Shown: positions 8,308 through 17,385, counted from the stretch's first letter. The stretch: 35,117 nucleotides of DNA from an uncultured Rhodobacterales bacterium (GCA_964502335.1 CAZCWO010000006.1:1-35117); one strand, 5' to 3'. The notes: a model not told the origin generated them from the letters alone. Translations and numbers: made by a program.

Positions 8308-8943
8308 ATGTTTAGATTTAGTTTATTATTAATATTTACCTTAGTTTTTTTATCTTCTTGTACTACAACTGACAATTCTAGTAACGCTAATTCAGAGGGA
8401 ACCAATGCATCAGTAATTTTTAATAATAACAATCTTAAAGAGGATATGAGCAAAACAGAAGAAGCTTCTATAACTGTTTTAATGGTTCCTGATTGGTGCA
8501 AAAAAATGCCAAAATCTGATATTTTTATATATGCATGTGGTATTGGCAATTCATCAAATTTAAATATGTCTAATTCTAGAGCTTTGTTGGATGGAAAGGC
8601 AAAACTTGCAAACCAGATAAATAGTCAGATTACATCACGGATGGCAGATTTAATTGAAGATTTAGGAGAAAACAATGACCAAGTAACACAAGCGAGTGAG
8701 CGTGTTATTAAAAGCGTAACCAAAGAAACACAGGTTGCTGGTTTTAAAGAAGTGCAATCTGAATTTCAAAACATAGCAAGTAAATTCCAGACCTACATAT
8801 TGCTTGAATATCCAATAGGTGAAGCCAATCAATTATTATATAACAAGATTAAAAATGATAATATATTAAGTAATCAGGAATCTATTGATTCTGCACTTGA
8901 AGAGTTGGAAGCTGAAATTAATAAAAAAAGTTCTATTAATTAA
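8308..8943 (+). CDS. LPP20/FlgP-like lipoprotein
   Basis: Begins 3 nt after the previous stop. Lipobox LSSC|T (MFRFSLLLIFTLVFLSSCTTT). The core IYACGIGNSSNLNMSNSRALLDGKAKLANQINSQITS...ERVIKSVTKETQVAGFKEV resembles the LPP20 lipoprotein family pattern by eye. Confidence 0.65.
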   Translation: MFRFSLLLIFTLVFLSSCTTTDNSSNANSEGTNASVIFNNNNLKEDMSKTEEASITVLMVPDWCKKMPKSDIFIYACGIGNSSNLNMSNSRALLDGKAKLANQINSQITSRMADLIEDLGENNDQVTQASERVIKSVTKETQVAGFKEVQSEFQNIASKFQTYILLEYPIGEANQLLYNKIKNDNILSNQESIDSALEELEAEINKKSSIN

Positions 8944-8989
8944 TTTTTTTTAAATAATACATTATTATTTTTTTTGAGGTGAATCCATT

Positions 8990-10396
8990 TTGAAAGATGC
9001 TCTTTGGAGAATGTCAGCACATGAGGTGGTGTCATTAATACGAAATGGACATTTAAGTCCAAAGGAAGTTGTTGAAGCTTCAATCAATAGAATTGAAATG
9101 GTAGATGAAAAAATCAATGCTTTACCAATTCATTGTTTTGAAAGAGCACTAAATATTGCTAATAGTATTGACATAAAAAAAGAAAAAGAAAACCTTAAAA
9201 GTTTAATGGGCCTTCCTATAGCTGTCAAAGATTATAATGATGTTGGAGGTGTTTTAACAACTTTTGGTTCAAAAATTTTTACAAATAATACACCAAAATT
9301 TTCAGATGAAACGGTTTCAAAATTAGAACGAAATGGAGCTAACCCTATTGCTAAGTCTAATGTACCTGAATGGGCAGGTGGCCATACTTTCAACCCTGTG
9401 TTTGGGGTCACTCGAAATCCATTTGATAACACAAAAACGGTTGGAGGGTCTTCAGGTGGTTCGGCCGCTGCATTAGCGAGTGGGCAGGTTTGGCTTGCCA
9501 CTGGAAATGACCTAGGAGGAAGTCTTAGAACGCCAGCTGCTTTTAATAACGTTGTAGGCTTACGTCCTAGTCCTGGGGTTGTGCCAAGAGGAACAAGATT
9601 GCAACCTTTTGATACGCTTTGGGTTGAAGGGCCAATGGCAAGATCTGTTAAAGATGTCTCTTTGATGCTGGATGCTGGTTCTGGATATTCATCAAAAGAT
9701 CCTCTTTCTTTTGAACAAGATACAAAATGTTTTGTTGATAAACTCAATGATTATAAATTGCCTGCTCGGATCTCATATAGTGATAATTTAGGTATTGTGC
9801 CAATGTCTAAAGAGATCACTGTGGTAACAAACAAGGCAATTAGAAAATTAAATCATATAGGAATAGAGGTATCTGATAAGGTACCAAATTTTTCAAATGT
9901 ACTTAGTGGTTTTCGGACTCTTAGGGGAGTTCTTCTAGCTACTATGCTCGATGATTTAATAGATAAACATCGAAATGAAATCCTGAAAGATATTATAGAA
10001 AATGCAGAAGTTGGCCATAACGTGAGTAATCATGAAATTATTGAAGCTGAAAAAACTAGAAAATCTTTATTACACGAAATGCAGTTATTTTTTGAAGTTT
10101 ATGATTTTCTTATTTGCCCTTCAACATCTGTTACCCCTTTCAATATTGAAAAACCTTTTGTCACTGAAATCGATGGTCATCAATGCAAAACATATATCGA
10201 TTGGTTTGCTATAACATTTGCTTTGACAATGACTGGATGTCCAGTAGTTAGTTTGCCTTGTGGTTTTAATAAAAACGGTCTTCCAGTTGGAATTCAAATT
10301 TTAGGACAGCCAAGGCAAGAAGCAAAGCTGTTATCTTTTTGTTCACAATTGGAAGAATTATTTAATGTAAGTAAATACGTACCTTTGGAAATTTAA
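8990..10396 (+). CDS. Amidase (amidase-signature family)
   Basis: AS-family signature GGSSGGSAAALASG, a conserved Lys context PIAVKD, and an overall length of 468 aa. TTG start at 8990, preceded by the SD-like GAGGTG (8976..8981). Confidence 0.9.
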   Translation: MKDALWRMSAHEVVSLIRNGHLSPKEVVEASINRIEMVDEKINALPIHCFERALNIANSIDIKKEKENLKSLMGLPIAVKDYNDVGGVLTTFGSKIFTNNTPKFSDETVSKLERNGANPIAKSNVPEWAGGHTFNPVFGVTRNPFDNTKTVGGSSGGSAAALASGQVWLATGNDLGGSLRTPAAFNNVVGLRPSPGVVPRGTRLQPFDTLWVEGPMARSVKDVSLMLDAGSGYSSKDPLSFEQDTKCFVDKLNDYKLPARISYSDNLGIVPMSKEITVVTNKAIRKLNHIGIEVSDKVPNFSNVLSGFRTLRGVLLATMLDDLIDKHRNEILKDIIENAEVGHNVSNHEIIEAEKTRKSLLHEMQLFFEVYDFLICPSTSVTPFNIEKPFVTEIDGHQCKTYIDWFAITFALTMTGCPVVSLPCGFNKNGLPVGIQILGQPRQEAKLLSFCSQLEELFNVSKYVPLEI

Positions 10397-10418
10397 ATTT
10401 ATTAAAAAGGAAAATTAA

Positions 10419-11300
10419 ATGAAAATTGGATTTATTGGCTTGGGAAATATGGGTTCTCCTATGGCGGCTAATTTAGCAAAGGCAGGTTATGAAGTTTTTG
10501 GATTTGATATAGAGGAAAAGGCAATTTCAAATGTTACAATCGTTAAAAATATTAAAAACGCTATCATTGATATGGACTTAGTAATCACGATGCTCTCTGA
10601 TGGTAATATCGTAAAGGAAGTTTCAAAAAAAATTATATCAAATTTTACAAAAGGAAAAACTTTTATCGACTGCTCAACGATTGATGTTGAAACAGTAATA
10701 TACATTGGGGGAAACTGTAAAAAATTTAGCATAAATTTTATCGACGCACCAGTTTCTGGAGGCATTAGCGGAGCTATAGAAGGGGGGTTAACTTTTATGA
10801 TTGGTGGAACACAAGAGGCGTTTTCTATAGCTAAACCTCTTTTTGAAGTTATGGGAAATAAAACTGTGCATTGTGGTGAAATAGGTTCTGGCCAAGTAGC
10901 CAAAACCTGTAATAATATGATTTTAGGGTCTACCATGATAGCTACTTGTGAGACTATAGCTTTGGCTGATAAATTAGGATTAGATAGACAAAAGTTATTT
11001 GATGTTGTCAGTACATCCTCTGGTTTTAGTTGGTCAATGAATAATTATTGCCCCGCTCCTGGAATAGGTCCAAAATCACCAGCGGATAATAACTATAATC
11101 CAGGCTTTGCTTCTGAACTTATGCTTAAAGACTTAACATTGGCTCAACAGGCTGCTAAAAGTGTTAATGCTGACACTCCTATGGGTGAGTTAGCATTAAA
11201 ACTATATAATGAATTTGTTAATAATGAAGATGGCAAAGGAATTGATTTTTCAGGAATGCTTCCCAGGTTTGAAAAAAGAAGTAGAAATAATAACTCTTAA
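10419..11300 (+). CDS. mmsB: 3-hydroxyisobutyrate dehydrogenase (HIBADH family)
   Basis: N-terminal NAD fold MKIGFIGLGNMGSPMAANLAKAGYEV. Also DAPVSGG...GGLTFMIGG and the HIBADH-type C-terminal block WSMNNYCPAPGIGPKSPADNNYNPGFASELMLKDLTLAQQAA. Confidence 0.85.
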   Translation: MKIGFIGLGNMGSPMAANLAKAGYEVFGFDIEEKAISNVTIVKNIKNAIIDMDLVITMLSDGNIVKEVSKKIISNFTKGKTFIDCSTIDVETVIYIGGNCKKFSINFIDAPVSGGISGAIEGGLTFMIGGTQEAFSIAKPLFEVMGNKTVHCGEIGSGQVAKTCNNMILGSTMIATCETIALADKLGLDRQKLFDVVSTSSGFSWSMNNYCPAPGIGPKSPADNNYNPGFASELMLKDLTLAQQAAKSVNADTPMGELALKLYNEFVNNEDGKGIDFSGMLPRFEKRSRNNNS

Positions 11301-11318
11301 TAAGTTTTTTCTGCAAAC

Positions 11319-13961
11319 TCAAAAATTTAATGATATGTCTTGGTGCACAGATCTACATCTAGATATTCTTGGAACCAAGAAAGAAGGCAACCTCTCCTGA
11401 CCTCTTAATCCTATATTCTTCGAAGTTTCTTCTTGAAATTTTCTCAATAATGGCAAAACAGATTTTACTGCTAATTCTCTCCAAAATATTTCTTCATTAA
11501 GTTTTTCATCAGCCTTTTGAAGGTAATTATTTGCTTTTTCAAGGTTTTCTTTTTTAAATTCTTTTCTTGCCTTATTAAGGAGGGATTTAACTGGGGTCCC
11601 TCCGGGAACCGAACTTATTTTTTTTGAGGTCGTTTTTATCGCTTCTTGTTTGGCTTGATTATCAAGGTCTTTAATGGAAATTTTTAGTTTATTAAAATCA
11701 TTCTTAAAGTTTATGAAACCACTCCCTGAGGAAATGATTTCAATTGTTTCTTCAATTCCATCATAAGTGTCGTCCATAGCTCTACGATACTTTCGTTGAT
11801 TATTACTTAATGCCTTCAATTTATTTTGATATTCTTTAGAAACTTTTTCCCATTCTGAAGGAATTAACTTTGATAATTCCTCTTTTTCATATAAGGATAA
11901 TTTAATTTCTTCATTTATGTCATCTTTTTTATTTTGTTCGTCAGTAATTTGAAGTTCACGTTTTAAGCGTTTTAAATGGCCATCAATTTTTTTAGTATCC
12001 CTCTGGATTGTTCTAACTTTAAAATGAATATCTTGATAAGCTACAGTGGCTTCATCAAGTATTAATTTAGAAGAATTTACATTGTCGAGTTTTTCAAAAA
12101 CTGTATTTGCACTTTCTATTGATTCAGAAATTTTTGATATTAGGTTCTTTGGCAAGATACTAATTTCTAAACTAGAAAGGTTATTAATTGAGGATTGGAT
12201 GGTTTGCTTATTATTTAATAATGTTTCGGAAAGATATTCTTCAACACAATATTCTAATTTAGGGTTCATTGGAGGAGGAGCATTAAATGATGATAAATAA
12301 AAACGGTTTGGTAAGTAATTAACTAATGGTGGAAATGTACCTACAATTACAAGGGCTATTAACTGAAGTATTATAAAAGGGATAACGCCTTTATACATAG
12401 AAATTGTTGAAATAGCTTTTGATGCAACTCCCCTTAAATAGAATAAAGCAAAACCAAAGGGAGGTGTGAGGAAGCTTGTTTGAATATTTACGCCGATCAT
12501 GACGCCCAACCAAACAGCGGTGATGTTTGCACTTGGATCAGCAAGAAGAATTGGTGCTATAATAGGAACTACTACTACAGCGATTTCTATAAAATCTAAG
12601 AAAAAACCAAGTATAAATATAACTGCCATTACAACGATAAATTGTGACCAAAATCCACCAGGTAAACTTTGCAAAAAATCTTTTACATATTCCTCGCCAC
12701 CAAAACCTCTAAATGCTGCTGTTAGCATTGCCGCACCAAGAAGGATTATAAATACCATCGATGTCGTTTTCGCAGTTTCTATCATGACCTCGTTTAATGT
12801 GTTGTCAATTTTATGGGTTCTCCATATTGACCAAACAATAGAAATTACTAATGAAAAAGATGCCATCATTGCAAAAAACACTGGCATATAATTTTTTGTT
12901 ACAGCTAAATTTTTGATGTTTAAGTCATACGAATTGATAAACAAGAAAATGATTAACACTGAAATAAAACCCAACATAGCAGGGTATGCGGCGCCTTTAT
13001 TATTTTCTGTTAGTTTGTAACCAGCCATTAATGTAGCACCAATTGCACCAATTGCACCGGCTTGATTAACTGTTGCAATTCCCATAATAATTGACCCTAA
13101 GACTAGAAAAATAAGAACCAGAGGTGGCACTAAGGAGAACATGACCTTAGAAAAAAATTCTCTTGTAAAGCCAGTGGGGTTAGGTACTGCAGGAGCCATT
13201 GACGGTTTGATTAACGCTGTAATAAATATGTAAGCAAAATAAACCAGTACTAAAACAATGCCAGGCAGGAAAGCCCCTAAAAACATATCGCCGGCAGAGG
13301 TTGAAGTGACGTCAAAAGCAGATGGCATAGTAAACTCACCTGTTGCATCTTTATATAGAGACTGTCTCATGGCTGAAGCTTGATCTGAGGCTGAACCAAG
13401 CTGATCAGCTAAAATAATAAGAACAATTGACGGGGGTATGATTTGTCCCAAGGTTCCGGATGCTGCAATTGTCCCTGTAGCTAATGATGGAGAATACTTA
13501 TTTCGCATCATTGAAGGGAGGGAAATAAGCCCCATGGCTACAACTGTAGCTCCTACTATACCAGTAGTTGCTGCTAAAAGAGCACCAACAAAAACTACTG
13601 AGATACCTAACCCACCGGGAACAGGGCCAAATAAACCTGCCATGGTCATCAGTAAATCTTCTGCAATTCGTGATCTTTGCAGCATAATCCCCATAAATAT
13701 AAACAATGGAATTGCTATTAAAGTGTCACGTTCAAAGTCGTAGTAAATTGCACGAAAGTTCATGACACCTGCCGAAAGCCATTCGACAGGACCATCGTTA
13801 TAAAAGAAAATTTTTGTATCATCAAATATAAGCCATCCAAGAATAGCTGCAAGACCAATAGTGAATATGGCAGATCCAGGTAAAGCAAAAGCCACAGGGT
13901 AACCATAACCAAGTGCAACCATCATTATAATGAATAAAAGTAGTAAGAAGTAGATTTCCAT
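11319..13961 (-). CDS. dctM: TRAP transporter large permease (DctM-type) with a ~320-aa C-terminal soluble coiled-coil extension
   Basis: 880-aa ORF. Residues 1 to ~555 are polytopic membrane protein with DctM-like blocks (GIMLQRSRIAEDL, LGQIIPPSIVLIILADQ, TSFLTPPFGFALFYLRG). From NAPPPMNPKLEY (Asn560 codon 12284..12282) to the end it is hydrophilic and K/E/N-rich with heptad character. It lies directly downstream of dctQ (5-nt gap). Confidence 0.85.
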   Translation of the reverse strand: MEIYFLLLLFIIMMVALGYGYPVAFALPGSAIFTIGLAAILGWLIFDDTKIFFYNDGPVEWLSAGVMNFRAIYYDFERDTLIAIPLFIFMGIMLQRSRIAEDLLMTMAGLFGPVPGGLGISVVFVGALLAATTGIVGATVVAMGLISLPSMMRNKYSPSLATGTIAASGTLGQIIPPSIVLIILADQLGSASDQASAMRQSLYKDATGEFTMPSAFDVTSTSAGDMFLGAFLPGIVLVLVYFAYIFITALIKPSMAPAVPNPTGFTREFFSKVMFSLVPPLVLIFLVLGSIIMGIATVNQAGAIGAIGATLMAGYKLTENNKGAAYPAMLGFISVLIIFLFINSYDLNIKNLAVTKNYMPVFFAMMASFSLVISIVWSIWRTHKIDNTLNEVMIETAKTTSMVFIILLGAAMLTAAFRGFGGEEYVKDFLQSLPGGFWSQFIVVMAVIFILGFFLDFIEIAVVVVPIIAPILLADPSANITAVWLGVMIGVNIQTSFLTPPFGFALFYLRGVASKAISTISMYKGVIPFIILQLIALVIVGTFPPLVNYLPNRFYLSSFNAPPPMNPKLEYCVEEYLSETLLNNKQTIQSSINNLSSLEISILPKNLISKISESIESANTVFEKLDNVNSSKLILDEATVAYQDIHFKVRTIQRDTKKIDGHLKRLKRELQITDEQNKKDDINEEIKLSLYEKEELSKLIPSEWEKVSKEYQNKLKALSNNQRKYRRAMDDTYDGIEETIEIISSGSGFINFKNDFNKLKISIKDLDNQAKQEAIKTTSKKISSVPGGTPVKSLLNKARKEFKKENLEKANNYLQKADEKLNEEIFWRELAVKSVLPLLRKFQEETSKNIGLRGQERLPSFLVPRISRCRSVHQDISLNF

Positions 13962-13966
13962 GTCGA

Positions 13967-14980
13967 CTATGAAAACCTTTCTTGTTCAGAAGCATGATCT
14001 GGTTGCTCTGAATAATTTTCTAAATTATTTATATTGGATATGATGAAATTCGCAAACTGAAACAACATTGACAGAGCAAATATGACCAAGAAACCAGACA
14101 TTAAATACTTAACATACATGCCAAAACCTTGTTGAGTAACTTCAAAATTTAGTAATGCAAGATTAAATGGTGAAGATTCATTCCAAAGACCACGAATAAG
14201 TATTACCCAGCAAAGTGGAATGCCAAAAATTAATGAACCATAAATATTTGTATGTGCTTTTCTTTTTTCTGAAAAAGCAGCGTAAATAATATCAACTCTT
14301 ACATGACCGTCATGAACGAGCGTATATGCACTAGAGAACAGAAAAAGAGCAGCATACCAAAATCTGACTAAATCGCCCATAAAAGCTTGTTCATAAGAGA
14401 AAATGAACCTTGCTATAACTATTAAAAGCTCACCTAAGACGATCATTAATGCCAACCATATAAAATCAATACGTCTTCGTAAAAGTGCTATAATTATTCC
14501 AACTGCAATTAATGGAAAGTGAACGTACATCCCTCTAAATGAAGGTTTACCAAGTGATAGAGCTAAATCCTCACCTACAATAATCGGAAGAAAATTTTCA
14601 ATCCGAACAAAAGAAATAAAAGCGTCAACTAATCCTACAAAAAGCACCGACCAAAATGCAGCAGAAACAATTATTTCTGATATATTGTTTGGCATTTTTT
14701 CATCACGATGATTTGTTTTATTATAAATGATCCTAATTGGATAAATTATAGCTGCTAAATATAAAATTGTTTGGAAAACTCCGAGTAATTTAATTGTAAA
14801 GCTAGTATTTGTATGAATTTCTCCTAAATTAATGCCTATCATTGACAATGTTCCAAAGGCACCAGGCAAGTCAAATATGTATGTGAGAAAGTTATTTAGA
14901 ACAAATGCTCCACCTAAAAAAGCACTTGAAAGTGCTATAAAGTGCAAAAAATCCATTAATGAAACAGACTTTAAGTTCAT
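13967..14980 (-). CDS. dctQ: TRAP transporter small permease (DctQ-type) with an N-terminal extension of about four extra TM helices
   Basis: 337 aa. The canonical DctQ core starts around RRRIDFIWLALMIVLGELLIVIARFIF...YTLVHDGHVRVDIIY. The ~165 residues before it contain four hydrophobic helices (FLHFIALSSAFLGGAFVLNNFL, LLGVFQTILYLAAIIYPI, IIVSAAFWSVLFVGLVDAFI, VHFPLIAVGIIIALL). Confidence 0.85.
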   Translation of the reverse strand: MNLKSVSLMDFLHFIALSSAFLGGAFVLNNFLTYIFDLPGAFGTLSMIGINLGEIHTNTSFTIKLLGVFQTILYLAAIIYPIRIIYNKTNHRDEKMPNNISEIIVSAAFWSVLFVGLVDAFISFVRIENFLPIIVGEDLALSLGKPSFRGMYVHFPLIAVGIIIALLRRRIDFIWLALMIVLGELLIVIARFIFSYEQAFMGDLVRFWYAALFLFSSAYTLVHDGHVRVDIIYAAFSEKRKAHTNIYGSLIFGIPLCWVILIRGLWNESSPFNLALLNFEVTQQGFGMYVKYLMSGFLVIFALSMLFQFANFIISNINNLENYSEQPDHASEQERFS

Positions 14981-15002
14981 TCTAAATTAAACCTAGTTAG
15001 TA

Positions 15003-15033
15003 TTAAAAAGCAGAGCCAAATAAAAGGCTCTGC
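15003..15033 (-). terminator. Rho-independent terminator/attenuator between dctP and dctQM
   Basis: The minus strand reads GCAGAGCC-TTTTATTT-GGCTCTGC-TTTTT. This is an 8-bp stem (15033..15026 pairing with 15017..15010) with 6 of 8 G/C pairs, an 8-nt loop and a T5 tract (15009..15005). It is the only GC-rich hairpin I noticed in an intergenic region here. Confidence 0.8.
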
Positions 15034-15051
15034 AAGTAATGTGTAGTTATA

Positions 15052-16146
15052 TTATATATTATATATTCTATTTCGTTGAGCTAAATAAGCACCCTCTGTG
15101 ATAGATATCCAGCTACCAGTGTCTTTCATTGATTTAGCAAAACTTTCGTGAATACGGTTAGCAATATCAGAATGTGCTCTAGTTTCTTCAAACACTTCAT
15201 CTGCAGCTTCAGCCATTGCATCCCACACGTCATCATTAAAAGAACGGATTTTGATACCGTGGTCGCTTTTAAGCCTTGTAAGAGCTGCACCTGATTTACC
15301 CATATATTCGGTCATCATCATTTCATTCTCTTGAGTTGCGGCAGCATTGATAATTGCTTTATCAGTGTCAGATAGATCGTGCCAAAATTTTGCATTAAAA
15401 CCTGCAGCAATCATTGAGCCAGGCTCATGCATTCCACCAGTATAGTAATATTTAGCTGCTTCATAGAACTTCATAATTTCATCGTTCCATGCACCAACCC
15501 ACTCTGTAGCATCAATGGCACCAGAAACTAAGTTTTCATATATTTGACCACCGGGAACAGTTACTGGAGATGCTCCTAATTTACTGATAACGTCACCACC
15601 CAAACCAGGCATTCTCATTTTTAAACCATTAAAGTCATCAGGAGAGTTGATTTCCTTATTAAACCATCCTCCAGCTTGGGCACCTGTAGATCCAGCCATG
15701 AGACATTTTAAACCAAAGCTACCAGCAAGTTCATCCCAAAGTTCTTGACCTCCACCGTATCGTATCCATGCATTAATCTCATGGAAAGTCATGCCAAAAG
15801 GAACAGCAGTAAAATATGCCCAACCAGGATGTCTGCCCTTCCAATAGTAATCAGCAGCATGATATCCTTGAGCATTTCCTGAAGCTACTTCATCAAAACT
15901 ATCAAATGCACCAACCCTTTCGTTTGCTGCATAATAACTCACCTGTATACGCCCACCTGAGATATCTTGAATAGTTTGAGCGTATCTTTGTGCTCCTGTT
16001 CCCAATCCTGGAAAATCTCTACCCCAAGTTGCAACAATTGCCATTTCAATACGATCTTGAGCGATAGCAGGAGTAGCTAAAGTTGATGCTGCAACAACGC
16101 CAGTAGCACCTATGCCTGCTTTTTTTATAAAGTCACGCCTTTTCAT
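15052..16146 (-). CDS. dctP: TRAP transporter periplasmic solute-binding protein (DctP-type) with a TAT signal
   Basis: Twin-arginine signal MKRRDFIKKAGIGATGVVAASTLATPAIAQ. The DctP-family body has features of the mannitol/chloroaromatic-type TRAP SBP subfamily. SD-like GGGAGA lies upstream of the ATG. Confidence 0.9.
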   Translation of the reverse strand: MKRRDFIKKAGIGATGVVAASTLATPAIAQDRIEMAIVATWGRDFPGLGTGAQRYAQTIQDISGGRIQVSYYAANERVGAFDSFDEVASGNAQGYHAADYYWKGRHPGWAYFTAVPFGMTFHEINAWIRYGGGQELWDELAGSFGLKCLMAGSTGAQAGGWFNKEINSPDDFNGLKMRMPGLGGDVISKLGASPVTVPGGQIYENLVSGAIDATEWVGAWNDEIMKFYEAAKYYYTGGMHEPGSMIAAGFNAKFWHDLSDTDKAIINAAATQENEMMMTEYMGKSGAALTRLKSDHGIKIRSFNDDVWDAMAEAADEVFEETRAHSDIANRIHESFAKSMKDTGSWISITEGAYLAQRNRIYNI

Positions 16147-16394
16147 ATATTTTCTCCCAAAAGTTTATGTTTTAGATTCTTAAAAAAAATTTATTTTCTT
16201 TAACTTATAAATCAATACATGAAACGCCTTACTTTACAAGTATATAAAACGTACAATAAACAAAATACATATTAAAAAAAGAGAGGTAAATAAATAATAT
16301 TTAAGTAATTATTAAATATTATAATTATAATATATCAATAAGCGTTTTTTTTATTTTCTTCATGAGATATTAAAGGACAAATAACTATCTTTTA

Positions 16395-17288
16395 TTGTTT
16401 TTAATTATGATTTTATTTCTAACTGTATTAAAAATCATCTCTCCAATTTTTTTACTAGGATCAATTGGTTTTATTTGGGAGAAAGCTAAAGTAGAATACC
16501 CCATTCATTTTGTCACTAATTTAACAATGAATATTTCCCTTCCTTGTTTAATTTTTACTTCATTGATGAATTCAAATGTTGATCAAAAGATTTTAAGTTC
16601 AATTATAATGGCCACAATCATTACTTATTTATTTTTAATATTATTTTGCTACGGATTTGTAAAATTAATAAAAATAGATGTTCCTACATTCTTGCCACCC
16701 ATGATATTTGGAAATACAGGGAACCTAGGACTCCCTTTAGCATTTTTTGCATTTGGAGATGTTGGTTTAAGTTACGCAATTATTATTTTTGCAATTATGG
16801 CTATTTTTTCATTCACTTATGGAGTTTGGGTGATTAGTGGAGAAACCAACTTTCGAAAATTATTTCAAGAACCTATAGCATGGAGTGCCATTATTGGTGC
16901 AATATTTTTATTTTTTAATATAAAAACTCCAATATTTTTAACAAACTCCTTGGAATTAACGGGACAAATAGCCATTCCTCTGATGTTAATCACTCTAGGA
17001 GTATCTGTTGCACGGTTAAATCTTAAAAATGTCACAAAAGGATTAACGATTATAAGTTTTAGAACAATTTTTTGTCTTTTTCTATCAGTCAGTGTATCAC
17101 TGCTATTTAGTTTAACTGAAGTTGCAAGCGCTATTTTAATATTACAATTTACTACCCCAGTTGCAGTAACTTCTTACTTGCTTGCAGAGAGATTTAATAG
17201 AAATCCTGATGATGTGGCAAGTTTGGTTATTATTTCAACATCAATGTCTATATTGTATATCCCATTAATTTTGAGTTTCTTAATTTAA
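16395..17288 (+). CDS. AEC (auxin efflux carrier) family membrane transporter
   Basis: About 10 TM helices with an AEC-like N-terminus (ISPIFLLGSIGF) and the internal NTGNLGLPL motif. The more likely start is ATG 16407 (MILFLTVLK) rather than TTG 16395. Confidence 0.8.
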   Translation: MFLIMILFLTVLKIISPIFLLGSIGFIWEKAKVEYPIHFVTNLTMNISLPCLIFTSLMNSNVDQKILSSIIMATIITYLFLILFCYGFVKLIKIDVPTFLPPMIFGNTGNLGLPLAFFAFGDVGLSYAIIIFAIMAIFSFTYGVWVISGETNFRKLFQEPIAWSAIIGAIFLFFNIKTPIFLTNSLELTGQIAIPLMLITLGVSVARLNLKNVTKGLTIISFRTIFCLFLSVSVSLLFSLTEVASAILILQFTTPVAVTSYLLAERFNRNPDDVASLVIISTSMSILYIPLILSFLI

Positions 17289-17385
17289 TATTTTAATAAA
17301 ACTTAAATATTTTATATAAATTTATATTGATTTTATAATTAAAAATTTCATATATATAACCTAATATTTAAGGGACCAAAAAATT

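Noticed and set aside
8952-8975. Hairpin AAATAATA-cat-TATTATTT followed by a T-run after the LPP20-like gene, a possible terminator
   Set aside because: The stem is 8 bp of A/T pairs only and is flanked by T-runs on both sides. Such structures are expected by chance in this composition and would be very weak. I noted it but did not call it a feature.
11209-11400. 63-aa + ORF spanning the mmsB/dctM convergent junction
   Set aside because: It overlaps the 3-prime ends of two well-supported genes and has no independent support.
5201-13743. Other internal or antisense ORFs (5201..5455, 6461..6772, 8283..8549, 9232..9747, 10032..10214, 10487..10936, 12046..12300, 12499..12891, 13438..13743)
   Set aside because: Each is nested in a longer ORF with strong family motifs on the opposite strand or in another frame. 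These are shadow ORFs.
11319-13961. Possibility that the 880-aa DctM ORF is two genes fused by a sequencing frameshift
   Set aside because: The frame is continuous and there is no stop or obvious start/RBS at the junction (~12300). The hinge (NAPPPMNPK) looks like a genuine linker. An artefact cannot be excluded without reads, so it is kept as a caveat in the finding rather than used to split the gene.
16147-16394. 248-nt AT-rich region upstream of dctP and the AEC transporter, considered as a riboswitch or sRNA locus
   Set aside because: I could find no conserved-looking helices or GC-containing stems. It is most simply a divergent promoter region. The 18-codon ORF starting at atgaaacgcc is too short and lacks an RBS.
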